Source of the DNA: Lama glama
Taxonomy: Eukaryota
Direction: 5' to 3'
Assembly: GCA_028534125.1 (NCBI GenBank)
Contig: CM052816.1
Location: 35,962,001-36,026,000 of the forward strand
DNA: 64,000 nt
The position numbers and the translations under genes were made by a program. Of the stretch, positions 1 through 13,119 are shown one piece after another. The notes beneath the pieces were generated by a model. It was not told where the DNA came from. It worked only from the letters and a program-made list of their open reading frames with translations, and made no database searches. Position 1 is the first letter of the stretch, and every line of letters starts with the position of its first letter.

Positions 1-399
1 TTCACACACATTGTCTCTTTTGTACCTTGAACTAACTCTCAGAAGTAAATTATTATTGTCTCCATGTTATGGCTGATACAAATGGTTGCTCAAAGTGGCA
101 GAGCCAGGAACTGGACTCAGAAATCCTTTTCCTGACATGGGCTAGCCTTTTCCTCTTCACCATTCTGCTAACGGCTGTCTGCAATATCTGGTGCATGTGG
201 ATGGCCTCAAAACAAATTATTTTCTAAATTTTTAAAAATATTTGCCCTCTTGACTTTGTAAAATAGAGAGCTCTGTGAATATAGAGTCCTGTGATGAGGT
301 GATGTCCATTCATATAAATGGTTTATGGAGTGATATAATTTGAGTTATCGGCATTTTTAATAGTGCCTTGCTCTAAGTAGACACCAGTATTGTTTCATT

Positions 400-650
400 C
401 GTGGAACAGTGAGAATGGTTCCCTTAGACCTTGGAGCCGGCAGTCCTAGCCTTAATCACAGCTCTGTCACTTCCCAGCATTCTTCTCTCATGAGTTACCT
501 GACTTTCCTCTGCCTCAGTTTCCTCATCTGTTAAATGAGGATGATAATAGTACCTTCCTCGTGGGTTGCTTGAGGATCAGATGATTTAATACATGCCTGG
601 AACAATGCCTGGCTCATCGTCAGCCTTCAGTTAATATTGGCCGCTATTAG
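400..650 (+). mobile_element. MIR SINE
   Basis: MIR core 'ctctgcctcagtttcctcatctgttaaatgaggatgataatagtacc' and tail 'aacaatgcctggctcat'. Confidence 0.9.
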
Positions 651-1469
651 TACTGTCATTCTTAGTATCGTTACTGCTGTAATTCTTGTCCCTCACTTCT
701 GCTGTTGTCATGACCACACAGCTGGTGTGTGGTAGGCTCTTGGGCGTTTTCTCACTTTGCCCAGCAGTTACCAGAGACCATGAGAACACTGGGCATGTCT
801 TGCAGTGTTTTGGCTACAGTATGTGGCCAGGATTGCATACCTCTGCCAAAGCTAGAGTTTAAAAAAAAAAAGTCATATTTTGGTAATATATGTATTTCAT
901 AGTTTTGAAAAAAAATGAATCTCAATTTAAAAAAAAGAAAAAAGAGAGATTGTCATGAAGTACTCTTTGAGCTGCATGTGTTGGTCGTGGGACAGAGTAG
1001 TGGGGATTCGTTCAGCTTCGTAAAATCTAGCTGACTTTTTTTTCTTTAACCTTACATATTTTGCTTATAGTTCTTTCTCTGAGTTAAAAGAACTACCATG
1101 TCTTAGGGGAAATTTTATAGTAAATGTTCAGAGACACCAGTTCTTCTGATGAGACAGAGGAGAGAGAATGAATCAATACTGCAGAGAGGGGTAAAAAGGT
1201 GTCATCACTAGCTCTTTCATGATCGTGTTTCTCAGTGCACTGTCTGGTGGAGAGGAGCATGGAGATCTGTAAGCAGTTGCTGGAGTCAGTCAGGAGTCCT
1301 TCGCGGATCCCCGAATCGAGAATCTAATCACGTGGGTTTCTTGTAGTCTCTGTGGCTGATGTAAGGGACATATATGTTGTGCTTTGGTTTCCTGGCTACT
1401 ACAGAAGATTTAGTGAGAATCAGATGGGTTACATGTCAAACTAATTTGAAGATTAAAAGCATTTGAGAG

Positions 1470-1850
1470 TCAGAAGAGTGTAATGGTTTCAACCAGGAGC
1501 TGGCAAACTACACATTAGGGATTGTCTACGGCAGAGGCCACGTGGCCCACAAAGCCTGAAATATTTACTCCCTGGCCCTTCAGAAAATGCTGGTGGACCC
1601 TGGTTTAGACCATGGACTTGGATGCCACTTCCTGGGGTCTGAATCCTCGCTCTGCCACCTACGGAGCCCTTGGGCTGGTGAATGAACCTCTCTCAGTCCC
1701 TTCATCTGTAGAATGAAGGTGGTGACAGTACCAGTGCCGTGGGATGGCCAAAACTGTGAAATGAGTTAATGCACATAATTAGACATGGGAAGAGTGCTCA
1801 GGGCACCAGGTGGCACTTATTAAGTGCTATGTAAGTTTCCATGGTATTAA
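1470..1850 (+). mobile_element. MIR SINE, interrupted by a MER58-like insertion
   Basis: 'gtgtaatggtt' then, after the insert, 'ctggggtctgaatcctcgctctgccac...aacctctctcagtcccttcatctgtagaatg...aatgagttaat'. Confidence 0.8.
1494..1602 (+). mobile_element. Internally deleted MER58-like hAT-Charlie DNA transposon
   Basis: Ends 'caggagctggcaaact' and 'gctggtggaccctg'. Internal 'tggcccacaaagcctgaaatatttact..ctggccctt' resembles MER58. 8-bp flanks gtttcaac / gtttagac. Confidence 0.85.
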
Positions 1851-2279
1851 AGCACCTTGCCTAATGTAGGGTACCAATGGATGAAATGACAATTTTTACT
1901 GGATTCTGATCATGTAACGTTTGATATTTATACACTAAAGCTCTTAAAATTGCTCAGTTGACAGTTATAGAAACAGACTACGTATGTGCCTTTGTACCTG
2001 GCAGGACTATTACCTGAATATAACAGTATTTTACCTAGAATGCCTGAACACTGCAATGGCCTCGAAGTATTCCCGGAACTGTGGAAGTCGAGTTGCAGAT
2101 TACCAGGTAATAGCATTTGAAGTAGCTTCAGCTGAGACTAGGCCACCTTATGATGTTGGGTAAATTGAAATAAAAAGGGAAAGTTTGGCATTCTATTTGA
2201 GTTGAACTGTCAAATAAAATGCATAAATTTTATTTCAGTTTAGAACATGAAACATAAATGATGTGTCATAAAATTAAGG

Positions 2280-2490
2280 TACATCACATACATTTTATTG
2301 TTTAGCCCTCATACCTGAACTGCAAGGTATGTGTTTTTCTTCTCATTTGAGAAGTGGAAGAAGAAATTGAAGCCCAGAAAGATTAGCCAGTTTGTCTGAA
2401 ATGTAGATGGTAAGCACACAGTCATTCTCCTCTACAGCCATGTCAGAAAGGAATGAAGTCCAGTCTCCTGTGTCCAAGTCCCAACACTGT
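2280..2490 (-). mobile_element. MIR SINE (degraded)
   Basis: 'ctcatttgagaagtggaagaagaaattgaagcccagaaagattag' and 'gaagtccagtctcctg..tccaagtcc' resemble reverse MIR. Confidence 0.6.
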
Positions 2491-3339
2491 CTCTCATACA
2501 TACATACATGAGGAAACTGAGAGATAATGTAAATGGTAATATATTATATGTACTGTTTAATTCAGTCATATAAAAATAAATATTCCACACTGAGTTGTTG
2601 TACTGTTTCTATGTTAAATTGGTATTGGGCATCTCTGAGAACACTGCTGAACACAGTTACTGCTTACGTGAGAGGACTGGCAGTTTTATGTACCCGTTAG
2701 AAATTAGACGTTATCTGAAAGCATTTCTGTGCTTAGTGGGACCCTGTGTGAGAGCACGTGGGCTGGGATGAGAGCTATTTTAGAGTATTCTTGGCTAATG
2801 TCTTTTCTGCTCCAAGAAGACCCTGTAATAGGCAGTCCCCTACTGGAGTATGGCTTGCTGTCGTAAGAATGTGTCTAAGAGGCAGAAGCCTAAAAGCTAC
2901 AAGGTAGACGTATACCATAGAAGGAACAACTTACATTTCCAGAGAGCTGGAAGTGATAACCCGTGGCTCTCTGTTTTTGAGGCACCCACTGCTTCTGCCT
3001 GGGTCGGGCAGCCCGGTGGGTGGGGAGAATCCTGATGGTATAGGAGGCCTGGAAAGGTAGTCTGCTTGTTCCTCGTGACTATAGAGAGCAGGGTCCCGGG
3101 TGGCCACAAGGCCTAAGCCAATGCAGGGACTCACATGGGGTCATGCCCTCCCTCTCATGCCATGGGAAACTTGGGACCCGTCATGTTTCAGATAATGTCT
3201 AAGAAGGCTGAATTTGGTGCGAGATACTGAAAGATGTGGGGGCCTGTGTGGATGAGCCTGAAATATGATCGTTTCAGGCCCATCTGTTCACAAAAACCTC
3301 AGTTTACTCTTAGGGACTAGATACTTATCTCAGTTTCCA

Positions 3340-3500
3340 TCTGCTGGAGAAGACTGGAAAGCTGCCACTTATTAGCTCTACGAGTTTAGCAAATTATGAG
3401 CTTCCATTTTCTCACCTGTAAAATAAAGATAATTCTTGCCCTGCCTGTCATAAAGACCTTGTGAGGATCAAATGAAATAATGTCTATTGTATCTGAGTAG
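3340..3500 (+). mobile_element. MIR SINE
   Basis: 'ctgccacttattagct...ttttctcacctgtaaaataaagataat...ttgtgaggatcaaatgaaataatg'. Confidence 0.8.
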
Positions 3501-4688
3501 AAGGATTATGGCATGTAATTATTTCCTGATTAATTACCAGGCAGACGGAGATTGGTGAAGTGCCTATATATTTGAAAGCCTCAGTACTTTTGGCCACTGT
3601 TAATTGTTAACCCAAAAGAAAATAAGCATTCCTGAAACTATCATGAAACCTATTACAATTTCGGCTTAATTTTTTTTTTTCTTTTTACTCTAAAATGTAT
3701 CAGGATCACTACTTTAGGAAACAAGGTTCTTGGCAAACTTTGAATTTTTTTACTCTCCTTGAGTTCGCATATAAAAGAAATACCCAGCTTGCAAAGTATA
3801 CGTGTGCAAGTGTGTATGTTCCCTGCTCAGTGTGTACAGTATGTCATTTTACTTAATTCAGACACTGAAGGGCTTGAGTCTAGAGGAAATCCTCAAAGTT
3901 TTTTGGCTAAATCTGCCAATTCCACTTTGCACTGTTGAACTTGGTGGAGGACTAGTTCGACTACCAAAATACAGTGAAGCCAACTCTGTTTTGAAAGACT
4001 GCTTCCTGCAGATGGAGAAACTGACAGGTGGTCTCACATTCTGCATCTCTGGGCCTAAAGCAAAGGGATGAGTCAACAGATACTTAGTATCAGTCCCTGT
4101 ACCTCTGCTGGAGACGTCTCCTGCTCACATCTCATGCCAGCTGTGCTTCTCAGCACTGGGTTATCTGTGTGGTAGTGTCTTGTAGCCCATTTTGTAACAG
4201 GAATCAAAGCAGCTGTTTCCCAGATTTGAAGCTTTACCTGTTGATCATTTCGGAAACTTGTATTCCCTGCAAAAAAATGGTCTGAAGGCATGTCTTTATT
4301 TTGATTTGTTGCCCTTATAAAAATAATAATTACCTTATGTTAAGTGTGAGGGAGAACTGTAGGAAAAAAATACTTTGATCATTAACGGTAGCATTATGTA
4401 TCTGGGATCCAGCTTTCCCCTATGTATAGTTCAAGTGTGGGAAAAGAGATTGTTTTAGAAATCCTTTGTTTCATAAAGTTTATGTTAGTTCTAAACTTCA
4501 AAGAATTAAAAGGAAAGAACACATGGTTAGCTTTATCCACTTGACCCCAACTGAAATAATGACTCACATTCTGAGGTTTAACTGAATTTGATTTCAGCTA
4601 TGTTAGCTGTATTTCTTTAGGTAGGTTAGTTTGCCTCTCTAGTCCTCATTTTCTTTATTGTAAAATCAAGGTCTAGACCACTTGATTT

Positions 4689-4997
4689 TTGTGGTTCTTA
4701 ACTTAGACAATCATCACAGAATTTTGTAGAGATCTTTTTAGGGACTTGGAGCCTACTACATAAAGAATTAACCACCTTCTATGAAACGGAATGCTATTTT
4801 AGGGTATGAGTTTTGTTTGTTCAAAAAATAGTGATTCCATCTAAACCAAAGCACTTATTTTAAACTATTTTACCAAAGTTATATTACCATGGAATTTTTT
4901 TGGGGGGGACACAATTACACATTTGTAATCATTCACAATTAAGTATATATCATCAAGAAGAAATTACTCTTTTTTTTTAAATGGTTAAAAATCACAG
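4689..4997. mobile_element. hAT-Charlie-type non-autonomous DNA transposon (family uncertain)
   Basis: Imperfect terminal inverted repeats tgtggttcttaac (4690) / gttaaaaatcaca (4984), 11/13 complementary. These resemble Charlie 'cagtggttcttaac' ends. Confidence 0.5.
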
Positions 4998-5966
4998 GAA
5001 TCTTCATATGAATATATAATCCACTTTATATCTTTTTTAATGTTCTGCAGTGAACACAACCAAAAATACCCTGCCAAGGATGAACACTAATTCTGTATTT
5101 ATTTGCACAGCACACGTTGGTTTCATGAGGTCAGCTTCTGTGTCTTTGAACAGCATCAGTGTCTTGCCCTAACTTTTCAAACCATAAACTGAAAACCCCT
5201 ACCAAGAGAGCTTTGTTAGAAGGCTTGGAGAACCAATCACACCTGTGCCATGGTCCCAGAAGTTTCTCCTGCAGGGAGGAACCAGTGTTAGTCCAGGAAA
5301 GCAGCAAACCTATCTTGATCCTCCTCTGAAAAGTCAGTGCTCTCAAGAAGATGGAGTATGAATTTCTGGCATCTCTGGAAAAATGTATGGCTTAAACGAC
5401 CTTCCTCTAGGGGCCTGGAGGAAACTGTATCTTCTCTGCTTTTTCTACTGCATTTCAATTTGCAGCCAGTCCAGTGGGATACAGTATATCCATGATCTAC
5501 GTGTACAGTAGGAGAATGAAGCCACAGTAAGTGATACAAAAAGCCACTTCTTTTGCGGCTTGATTAAAACAATCCACTTGTCGTTGCTTGGTTGTCAGCT
5601 TGGGCTTGTCTCTGTGACTTCTTCTCTGGAGCTCACTCCATCCATCATTGCAGAGAGCACAGAAGAGGGAATATATACAGTGCCCTGTGCTTGCTTAGGC
5701 CTTAGCAAATATCAATTCATCACCAACTTGACTTTAAAAAGGGACCATTCATTGGCATGTTAGAAGATTACAATTTACCCAGTGTTCCCTGGTGCCAAAA
5801 GAGTCACATGACCGGATCTGAAAACAAAAAGAATTCCGCAATATGTTCGTGGAGTTACTAATAAAAATAACTGCTGGTTGACAGGAAAGGCATATGGCAG
5901 ATTTAAGATGCATGACCACAGCATCTTTTTCTTAAAAAAAAAAATTGTTTCCTATATTAGGGATGA

Positions 5967-5970
<4 letters not shown>

Positions 5971-6012
<42 letters not shown>
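5971..6012 (+). repeat. (GT)21 microsatellite
   Basis: Perfect dinucleotide run read directly. Confidence 0.98.
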
Positions 6013-6015
<3 letters not shown>

Positions 6016-7819
6016 GCACCAGAAAAATCCCCAACCCTGACAAGCCATTGATGAGGTGTTTTCCATCTTCACTAGCTTCCTATTTCATTGCTCTGCCATT
6101 GAGCCCTTGTAATACTGCAATGAATAAATGTAATCAAAGCAATTGGCTGCCTGAGATCTTTTTTAATGCACTGCTTCGGACGCGGTACATATGCTGTGCA
6201 AATAAATACAGAATTAGTGTTCCTGTTGGAAGCATTTGGTGAGAATGAGTGATTTGTCTTGCTTACGAAAGGTGCATACATTTCCGCTCATAGCTGTTTG
6301 TCAGCAGACCTCTTTCTGCTTATGGAGTCAGAGATGGAATTCATCATCTGTCAGCGCGCACGCAGATGTGCTGGAGACCAGATTGATCCATGCGGATGGG
6401 CAGAGCAGCAGCGCCCGTGCTGGAGGGCGGCCCCTACAAATTGTATTATCTTGTGAGACTGTTGTCTCCTAGCTCTTTTCTAGACTGTGGAACAAGAAGG
6501 AAGGCTGTCTTTTCCCACTCTCTTTGCTTCTGCATCTGAAAACAGCCACTTCGGGATAGCTTAATGGAAATGGAAAACCATCTCAGTCTCTCTGAGTAGT
6601 GAAATCTACTGAAAATCCATTTCTCCAAAGGTCCACTCCCTCCTTCCTGATCACAAATACGTTTTTTGATGTTGAGTTCCAATTGAAAACCAAACACTAA
6701 CGCCAGGATTAGGGAAGTGTCATTTGCTCTGTTTTCAAAATGCTACTGACAAGATTTTCTCTTAGTTCAGAGAAGTCATTGTTGCAACAACAACATTAAG
6801 AGGCAGGAGAGAGAGTGTTTTACTTGGAGAAAACCAATGGCTTTCCAAAAGTCTGACTTGCTTTCAGTCTGTGCAAAAGGCTCATTGAAGCTGAGTTGAA
6901 CCTGAGTTGTCAAAGGCCCTTCTTGCCAACAAACCTCTTTTGCACTTGTGTATGGTTGAAAATGACCATCCAATGCCGGCAGATTGAAGCGCTGAACACC
7001 CACTGCACAGGAGCTGCACGGGGCTTTCCCACCACAGGGTCTTGACTCCAACCTAAAGTGATTAAGGACTTCAGAGCCACATAGTCCTCTAAGGGCATCT
7101 GGGAGGAAGAATGCATCCTCATCCTTAACGAATGAATGGATGAACTCGGAGGAGCAGAGCTTGCTTACATCATGAAACAGGGGTACAACTGACCTGCTGA
7201 AACCCAGGTAGGGCCAAAATGTTTTTAATTGTACTTCTGTGGCCTCTGGTTTTCTTCTGTAGTCCCCCCATGAATATTTTCCTTTGGGTGATTTCTTTTT
7301 AATCAGATGGGTAGGAAAACCATTTCCTACTCAATATATCCAACACATAAGACCATCAGAAATACTGCATGTGTTTAAAATGTGGCCCATAGTCCCGGAC
7401 TGATCTGGCTCACAGCCGATATTATTGAACCAACACTGAGGCCTTTGGCCAAGCCCTGATACCGTGGCAGGCAGGTAATGCTTGTGAAAGATGTGGCTTT
7501 GATAAACTAAGGAAAGTAAAAGTCTCATTGTGTGATTTTTTTTATTCCCTCAGTTAGCTGAGACCTGGACAGGGCTTTAACAGGTAGAGAAGAACGTAAG
7601 TTTTCGCTTGTCATTCACCTTTTAGAAGTTGTCCATTACACTTGTCATCAGTGATTTTTTTTTTAAAGTCACATGGCTTCAAAGACAGCATCAAGGATGG
7701 AGAGGGGAGAGGTGGACAAAAGTAACTAAAACGATGTGCAGATGTGTTATGAGATGAACCATCAGAAATGATGGCAGTCTTTCAGGGTTTGTTTATCACA
7801 TACTCGAGGTTATTTCACC

Positions 7820-8000
7820 ATGTATTTATCTAACAATTAATGTGCCAGGTGTTATGCTAATCATTGACATTAAGATGTGACTCAGACATTCTCTGCTCTG
7901 ACTACCCGGGAGGGTGACAAGTAAATAAATACAGTCCTCGGTGGCAAGTGCTGTCACTGAAGAGCATGGCAGGAGCATGAGGAGGGAGTGGTTTGTTCCG
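7820..8000 (-). mobile_element. L2 3' fragment
   Basis: 'tatttatctaacaattaatgtgccaggtgttatgcta...gacaagtaaataaat...aagtgct' resembles reverse L2 3' end. Confidence 0.55.
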
Positions 8001-11000
8001 TGGGACCAGCCCCTAAACTGCACTTCTCCCTTCACATTCTTTAAGTAGGCTCTGAAGATACTGTTTAGTGCTTAGAAGGATTTATTGTCTGCTTTTTCCA
8101 AGTGCTGCTTTTGTGTAATTTGAAATTCATAGTTTTATATTCTTTCACAGATCACAACCCCTCTCCAAGAACCAGCTCGCTCCTGGCTTGCAATGAGGCC
8201 CTCAGAAAAAGGGCTCCTCATTCGGCCTGGTTCCTGGTGCTCAGGGACACCATGGAAACGAGGGGACAGCTCTCTGATGCCCCATGCAGTGCCCTCTAAG
8301 ATTTGTCAAGGGTGTCTGCGGGGCTGAGCTCCAGCATTGATGCGTGCGTTCTGTGGGCAAATGCTGCCTCTCAGCCGTGAGCTGTCACTGCAACTGTCTG
8401 ACTGAACACCAGCAAGTGCGCTCTAGGAGGGAGAGCCTTATTGCCTATTTTCTCTGTTTCCTAAATGATCTTAATTTCTTGGGTAAAGAGGCATCCATTC
8501 TAAATCTTCCTCCCACCGGGGGTGATTCGCACAATAACAAAGTTTAGATTACCCCAAATGTCAGGACCCCCACGGATATGATGGGCTTCCCTCCAGAGCC
8601 CACCTGACAAGCTGCTTCTCTCTCAAATACCTGTACTGCCCAGAACTCACAGCCTCTTGGACGGTACCATTTCCTGCCTCTTCACGGAGTTTGGGAGCCA
8701 GAGCTGACTCTCTGTACCTTTTGATTTTTGAGTTTCAGAATCTGTGGAATGAACAGAGTGCTTATTTGGGAGGCATTTTTAATCCCATTTTAAAAACCTA
8801 TGAAATATTAAAATATCTAAGTGATAGTCTCACCAAGGGTAGTGTTTAGGATATGAAAGTTACAGTTGTAGTTGACATTTTGGCTTAATGGCTTCCAAAA
8901 AGTTGGAAATCTTAAGAAAAAAAATTTTGATTATACTTTGGTATATTTGCCACCTTTTTACCCCGTATGTGGTCTGTGTTCTTCATTTCTTTCAGTCTGT
9001 TGTGTTCCCAAATGATATCCTTTGAAAATGTTGTGTTTTCTTTGTAGAAAGTTTATTTAATCAATAGTAAATGGAAAACAGCTAAATTAGAAAGAACACT
9101 GAGAATAAACCATGTGAATTACTTGCCCCCACCAAGATACTCTTTGTGTGAATTTCTGGGTGAGAAAAATAACTTCCCCCTCATTTCCATCAAGCCACGA
9201 GCAAGTTAGGGGTAGAACAGTATTGTCATATTTGAGAAAGGAAATGATTGACACTGTCACTTAAATTCATATGTCTCCTTAAAGGAAATATAAAAGGGCC
9301 TTTGAAGAAGTTGCTTTGAAATCTTTTTTTTTTTTTTTAATATGGAGTCCTCAACTTCTTTTCCCTTCTACTGGGTTCTTTCAGGTTGTTTGGTGAATTT
9401 GGCTCTTGTCAGAGCGGAGGCTCCAGGAATGTGCACCACGTGTCTGACATTGTGCAACTCTGCCGGGCAGCCCTGCCCGTTCGGGCTTGGAGCTGACCTG
9501 TGGGTCCTTCCTCGCTGGCCTCTCCCACTTCTGGGGATCACAGGCTTCTGGTGCTGCCAGGCTGTGTAGCAATAGCGTGAAACACGTGAACGGGCCTGGT
9601 AGGAGGTCACCGCTTTTGTTTTACCTTGTCCTTCTGCTCTGAGCATTGGAGCCTGGAAATCAGGATGGCGCGAACAGTAGCTACCCACTAGGTTGTGAGG
9701 CAGGCCTGTTTACTTCCTCTTGGGTGGTTAAAAAATTCCCGCAGCTGAACTATTTATTACAAATGAGAAGCATGTTCACTGCCCAGACGTTGTGAAAGCG
9801 ACTGATAGACATTTCCCTAAATACCAGCCAGAGTTTCTGGATACTTGTTCTGGAATGCCAAGAGGCATGAGTCAGGCTGGCTGATAAGCAGGTGAGTGCT
9901 TTCCCCCCCTTCCAGTACACACGAGTCATATGTGCCAACAGACAAGGCGTGACCCTCTGTGTCGTCCCCTCACCCCCCCTCGGTTTTGTACCGCAGCACG
10001 GACAGTGAAAGTCAAGTCAGGGGAGCGGTTTATGAGCAGCCCTCGCGCAGGCGGCAGACTGTCCTTACTCCACGTGCAAATCAGTTCATCCTTTTTACTT
10101 TCAAAGTTCACATCCCAAGTAACTCTGTCCTCTCTTCATCTTTTACTGATCTAACACCAGCTGTACTTGTCTTTTCCGCAGGAAATTCTCACTGAGCCCA
10201 TAGGACTAGGGAAGTGGAGGTCTTATCAGAGTTTTCTGTGTCCTCTTTGGCAATTTCTTTTCTGTACAGTTTTGGGGGCAGGGGGTTCTCATTTCTTGTT
10301 CTTCGAGATTTTAACTTTTGGTAAGCAATCTTAGGATATTAAAAAGTTTTAAATTAGACAAGATTTAAAAGACATGCTATGACAATGTATTTTTTTCTTA
10401 AAATGTGACCCCCATTGTGTACTCAGCTCTTCAAGCATATGGGAAATAGAAGGGTTACGTGTAATTGGATTTTAACAATCAGTATTTTTTTTTTGAAAGG
10501 AACTTTTCATAAAGAATTTTCAGTGTTTTAATATATCATTTGCTTGAGAACATGTGAGTTTGAAGGATGTTCACTCTATACTATACCAACAGAGTTGTAT
10601 AAAAAAAAGTAAAGCTGGAGTCTATCAAACATTTATAATACAAAAATAATTTAAGTATCTGAAGGTATCAGTAGAACAGAGAGAATAATTAACATGTTGG
10701 CTGGCCTGTTTCGAAAGGTCAGCCATGAAGATTCACCATACGGAATTCAGTCAGGTTCTCCAAAGACAGCTCTTAGTTTTCCCCTATCCGCTTACCAAGT
10801 ACAAAATAGAGCTGGCTTCTGGCTACTTAGAATATTATTTGTTTTTCCTCATTACAGTGTGTTTATTGGGCTTGAGGCTGAGGTGTGCCTGCCTTAATCT
10901 GGGCGTGTGTGTGTGTTTGTGTAGACAAATAATGAGACCTTGGCACCTGGCCTGTATACAATCTATAACCAATATAAGTTTCAGGTCAACATGATATTAT

Positions 11001-11099
11001 GTTAGAGGAAATGGACCATAGCTACTCTAATTTTTGTTATTTTTTTTCCACAGATAATTTGTGGAGTAGCTCTATGGTAACTTTTATTGCTGTTTTTGA

Positions 11100-11720
11100 A
11101 GATGTAGACTTTGATTACATTTTTCTGATTATAATATTTATCATTTGTAATGTATTTGTAAAGTTCTAATGAGTTAAATGTAAAATAAGAATCCGTAGAT
11201 AATTGCCATTAGTGTTTTTGGTGCATTAACTTTTGGTATTTTTATTCTGTATATGTATGAAAGCTTTGATTTGTTACTTCTATGGAATCATACTGTGAAT
11301 ATAATTCTGCAACTTAATTTTTCTCACTTAATATTATAATTGTTTTTACCTATCATTAAATTTTTTATAAAGTTTTTTTTCTCTTGAGTTAAACTTTTAA
11401 ACAGACATCTTTATCCATATTTTGATAATTGCCTTAGGATACATAACCAGAATCAGACTGTCTTGGTCAATATCTATGAACAGTTGAAGATTTTTGAATG
11501 TATATTGCCTAATCGCTTTTAATAAATCTCTTACAAATTAATAGTCCTACAACATCTGAAAGTACCGTGATCTTTTTATTAGCTTTAATAATTTGTAGCA
11601 AAAGTGACTTAACTTGCCATGTCTTTGATCACCTCACTGAATGGCATTTTCATGTATATTACACGTTTGCATTATTCTTCAATCTGCTCATATTCTTTGA
11701 AATGATGTTTTCATAAAGCT
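11100..11720 (-). mobile_element. Old L1 (L1ME-like) fragment
   Basis: T-rich tract with 'ccttaggatacataaccagaat...ggtcaat', 'tatattgcctaatcgctttt' and 'attttcatgtatatt..cgtttgcattattcttc', typical of antisense L1M. Confidence 0.65.
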
Positions 11721-13119
11721 GGGGCAAAAGGTTGAAGATAATCAACTTTTTTCAGTGACATCCTTTTCGTTTCAAGGAGACTTTTTAAAAAAATGTGAAA
11801 GAATAAATAGGATTTTTTTAATAGTGGCAAACAGTCATGCATTCTCAATCTGGTTTAAGGTGATACATTAGAATAACTACTTGGTGCTGCTTTTGTCTTG
11901 ACTGTATCTCAGTTACAGGCAGAGTTGTGTATATTCATCAAGTTTAAGGAATGGCATCCACTTTGTGTTTCCCTTGTCTGCTTTTTAACTCTGGCCTCCT
12001 CCCCCACCTCACCCCCAGGATAGATCCTCACCTCCCTTGAGTCCATCTGTCAGGTCATCTGTCTAAGGAGTTAACATTCCCTCACCCTCCCAGAATTATC
12101 TGGAACAAAAAGTTATGGCTAAGGTAAAGCTGATGAGCATTCCTGCGTGAAAGGCAGACTTAGCACCTTAACAATCCCTATGTGTGATCTGAGGCAAGAA
12201 TCTACTGGCCAAGGTGCGATGGCAAGAGCCATATCCAGAAGCCTGTTCTGACCTCCAGCTCTGGCCCTAATGCTTCTTGCATTGAGACCCCTCCCCACCC
12301 CTCTTCTGCTTTTAAGTAGAATTTTCCTCCAGTGGTCTGCTAACTGGTTGGAATCCTTCTAAGAGCTTTCAAAGTCAGGTGATTTCTCCTGCCCCCCTTA
12401 AAGCCTGCTTGGCTTCCATGCGTAGTCTCCACACGTGTGGTGGGCCTGGATAAAGTGCATTACCAGCAACCAGGTCGCAGTTGATGTTTTCCATTTTCTC
12501 TTACCCCATGTACAGAGGAGCAGGGGCATCCCATGGGGATTCAGAGCTGAGCGTAGCCCTTTGCATTCCACTCCCCTTGCAAATGGTGCAGCTCTTCTTA
12601 CCACCATAAATTAAATGAGCACGGGTGGCCTTAAGAGTCCAGGCTTGGAAGGCACGATCATTTCTCTGAGAAAATGATCAAGGCCACATTAAAAGAACCC
12701 AGAGTCTCCCAGGCACGTCAGTGTGGCATGATTTTCCTGGATGTGAATGAGATTTTCGAGTCTGCCTTGTTGTTAGAGTACTGGTGTTCATTCTGTGTAC
12801 GATGCCTTGAAAGCTGTGAATATTGTGATAGTGGCTTTTGTTCTCGTGTGTGCAGTCCTTAACTTTATAGGCCGGAAATGCAGAAACCATATCAAAGCCA
12901 GGCAGCCTTAACAAAAGAGAAAAGCTGAGTGCCTCAAAGGAGCTGCTGCACACAGCAAAGAAGCACATTCTTCCCCCCAACCCCTGTACCCAGACCCAGA
13001 TGTTCACCTGATGTCCCTGTAGCCGAGTCAGAACTTTACTTGATGGAATATAAAATTGGAGCATAATGTACAGTAACTATTTCATCTCTGCTTGAGCCTT
13101 CTATTCCTGCTCTACAATT

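Noticed and set aside
8134..8300. Acceptor-like tctttcacag at 8150
   Set aside because: No matching strong donor within typical exon distance.
12678..13064. Longest ORF (128 aa, minus strand)
   Set aside because: No recognisable domain, no convincing splice boundaries, and a composition typical of translated non-coding DNA.
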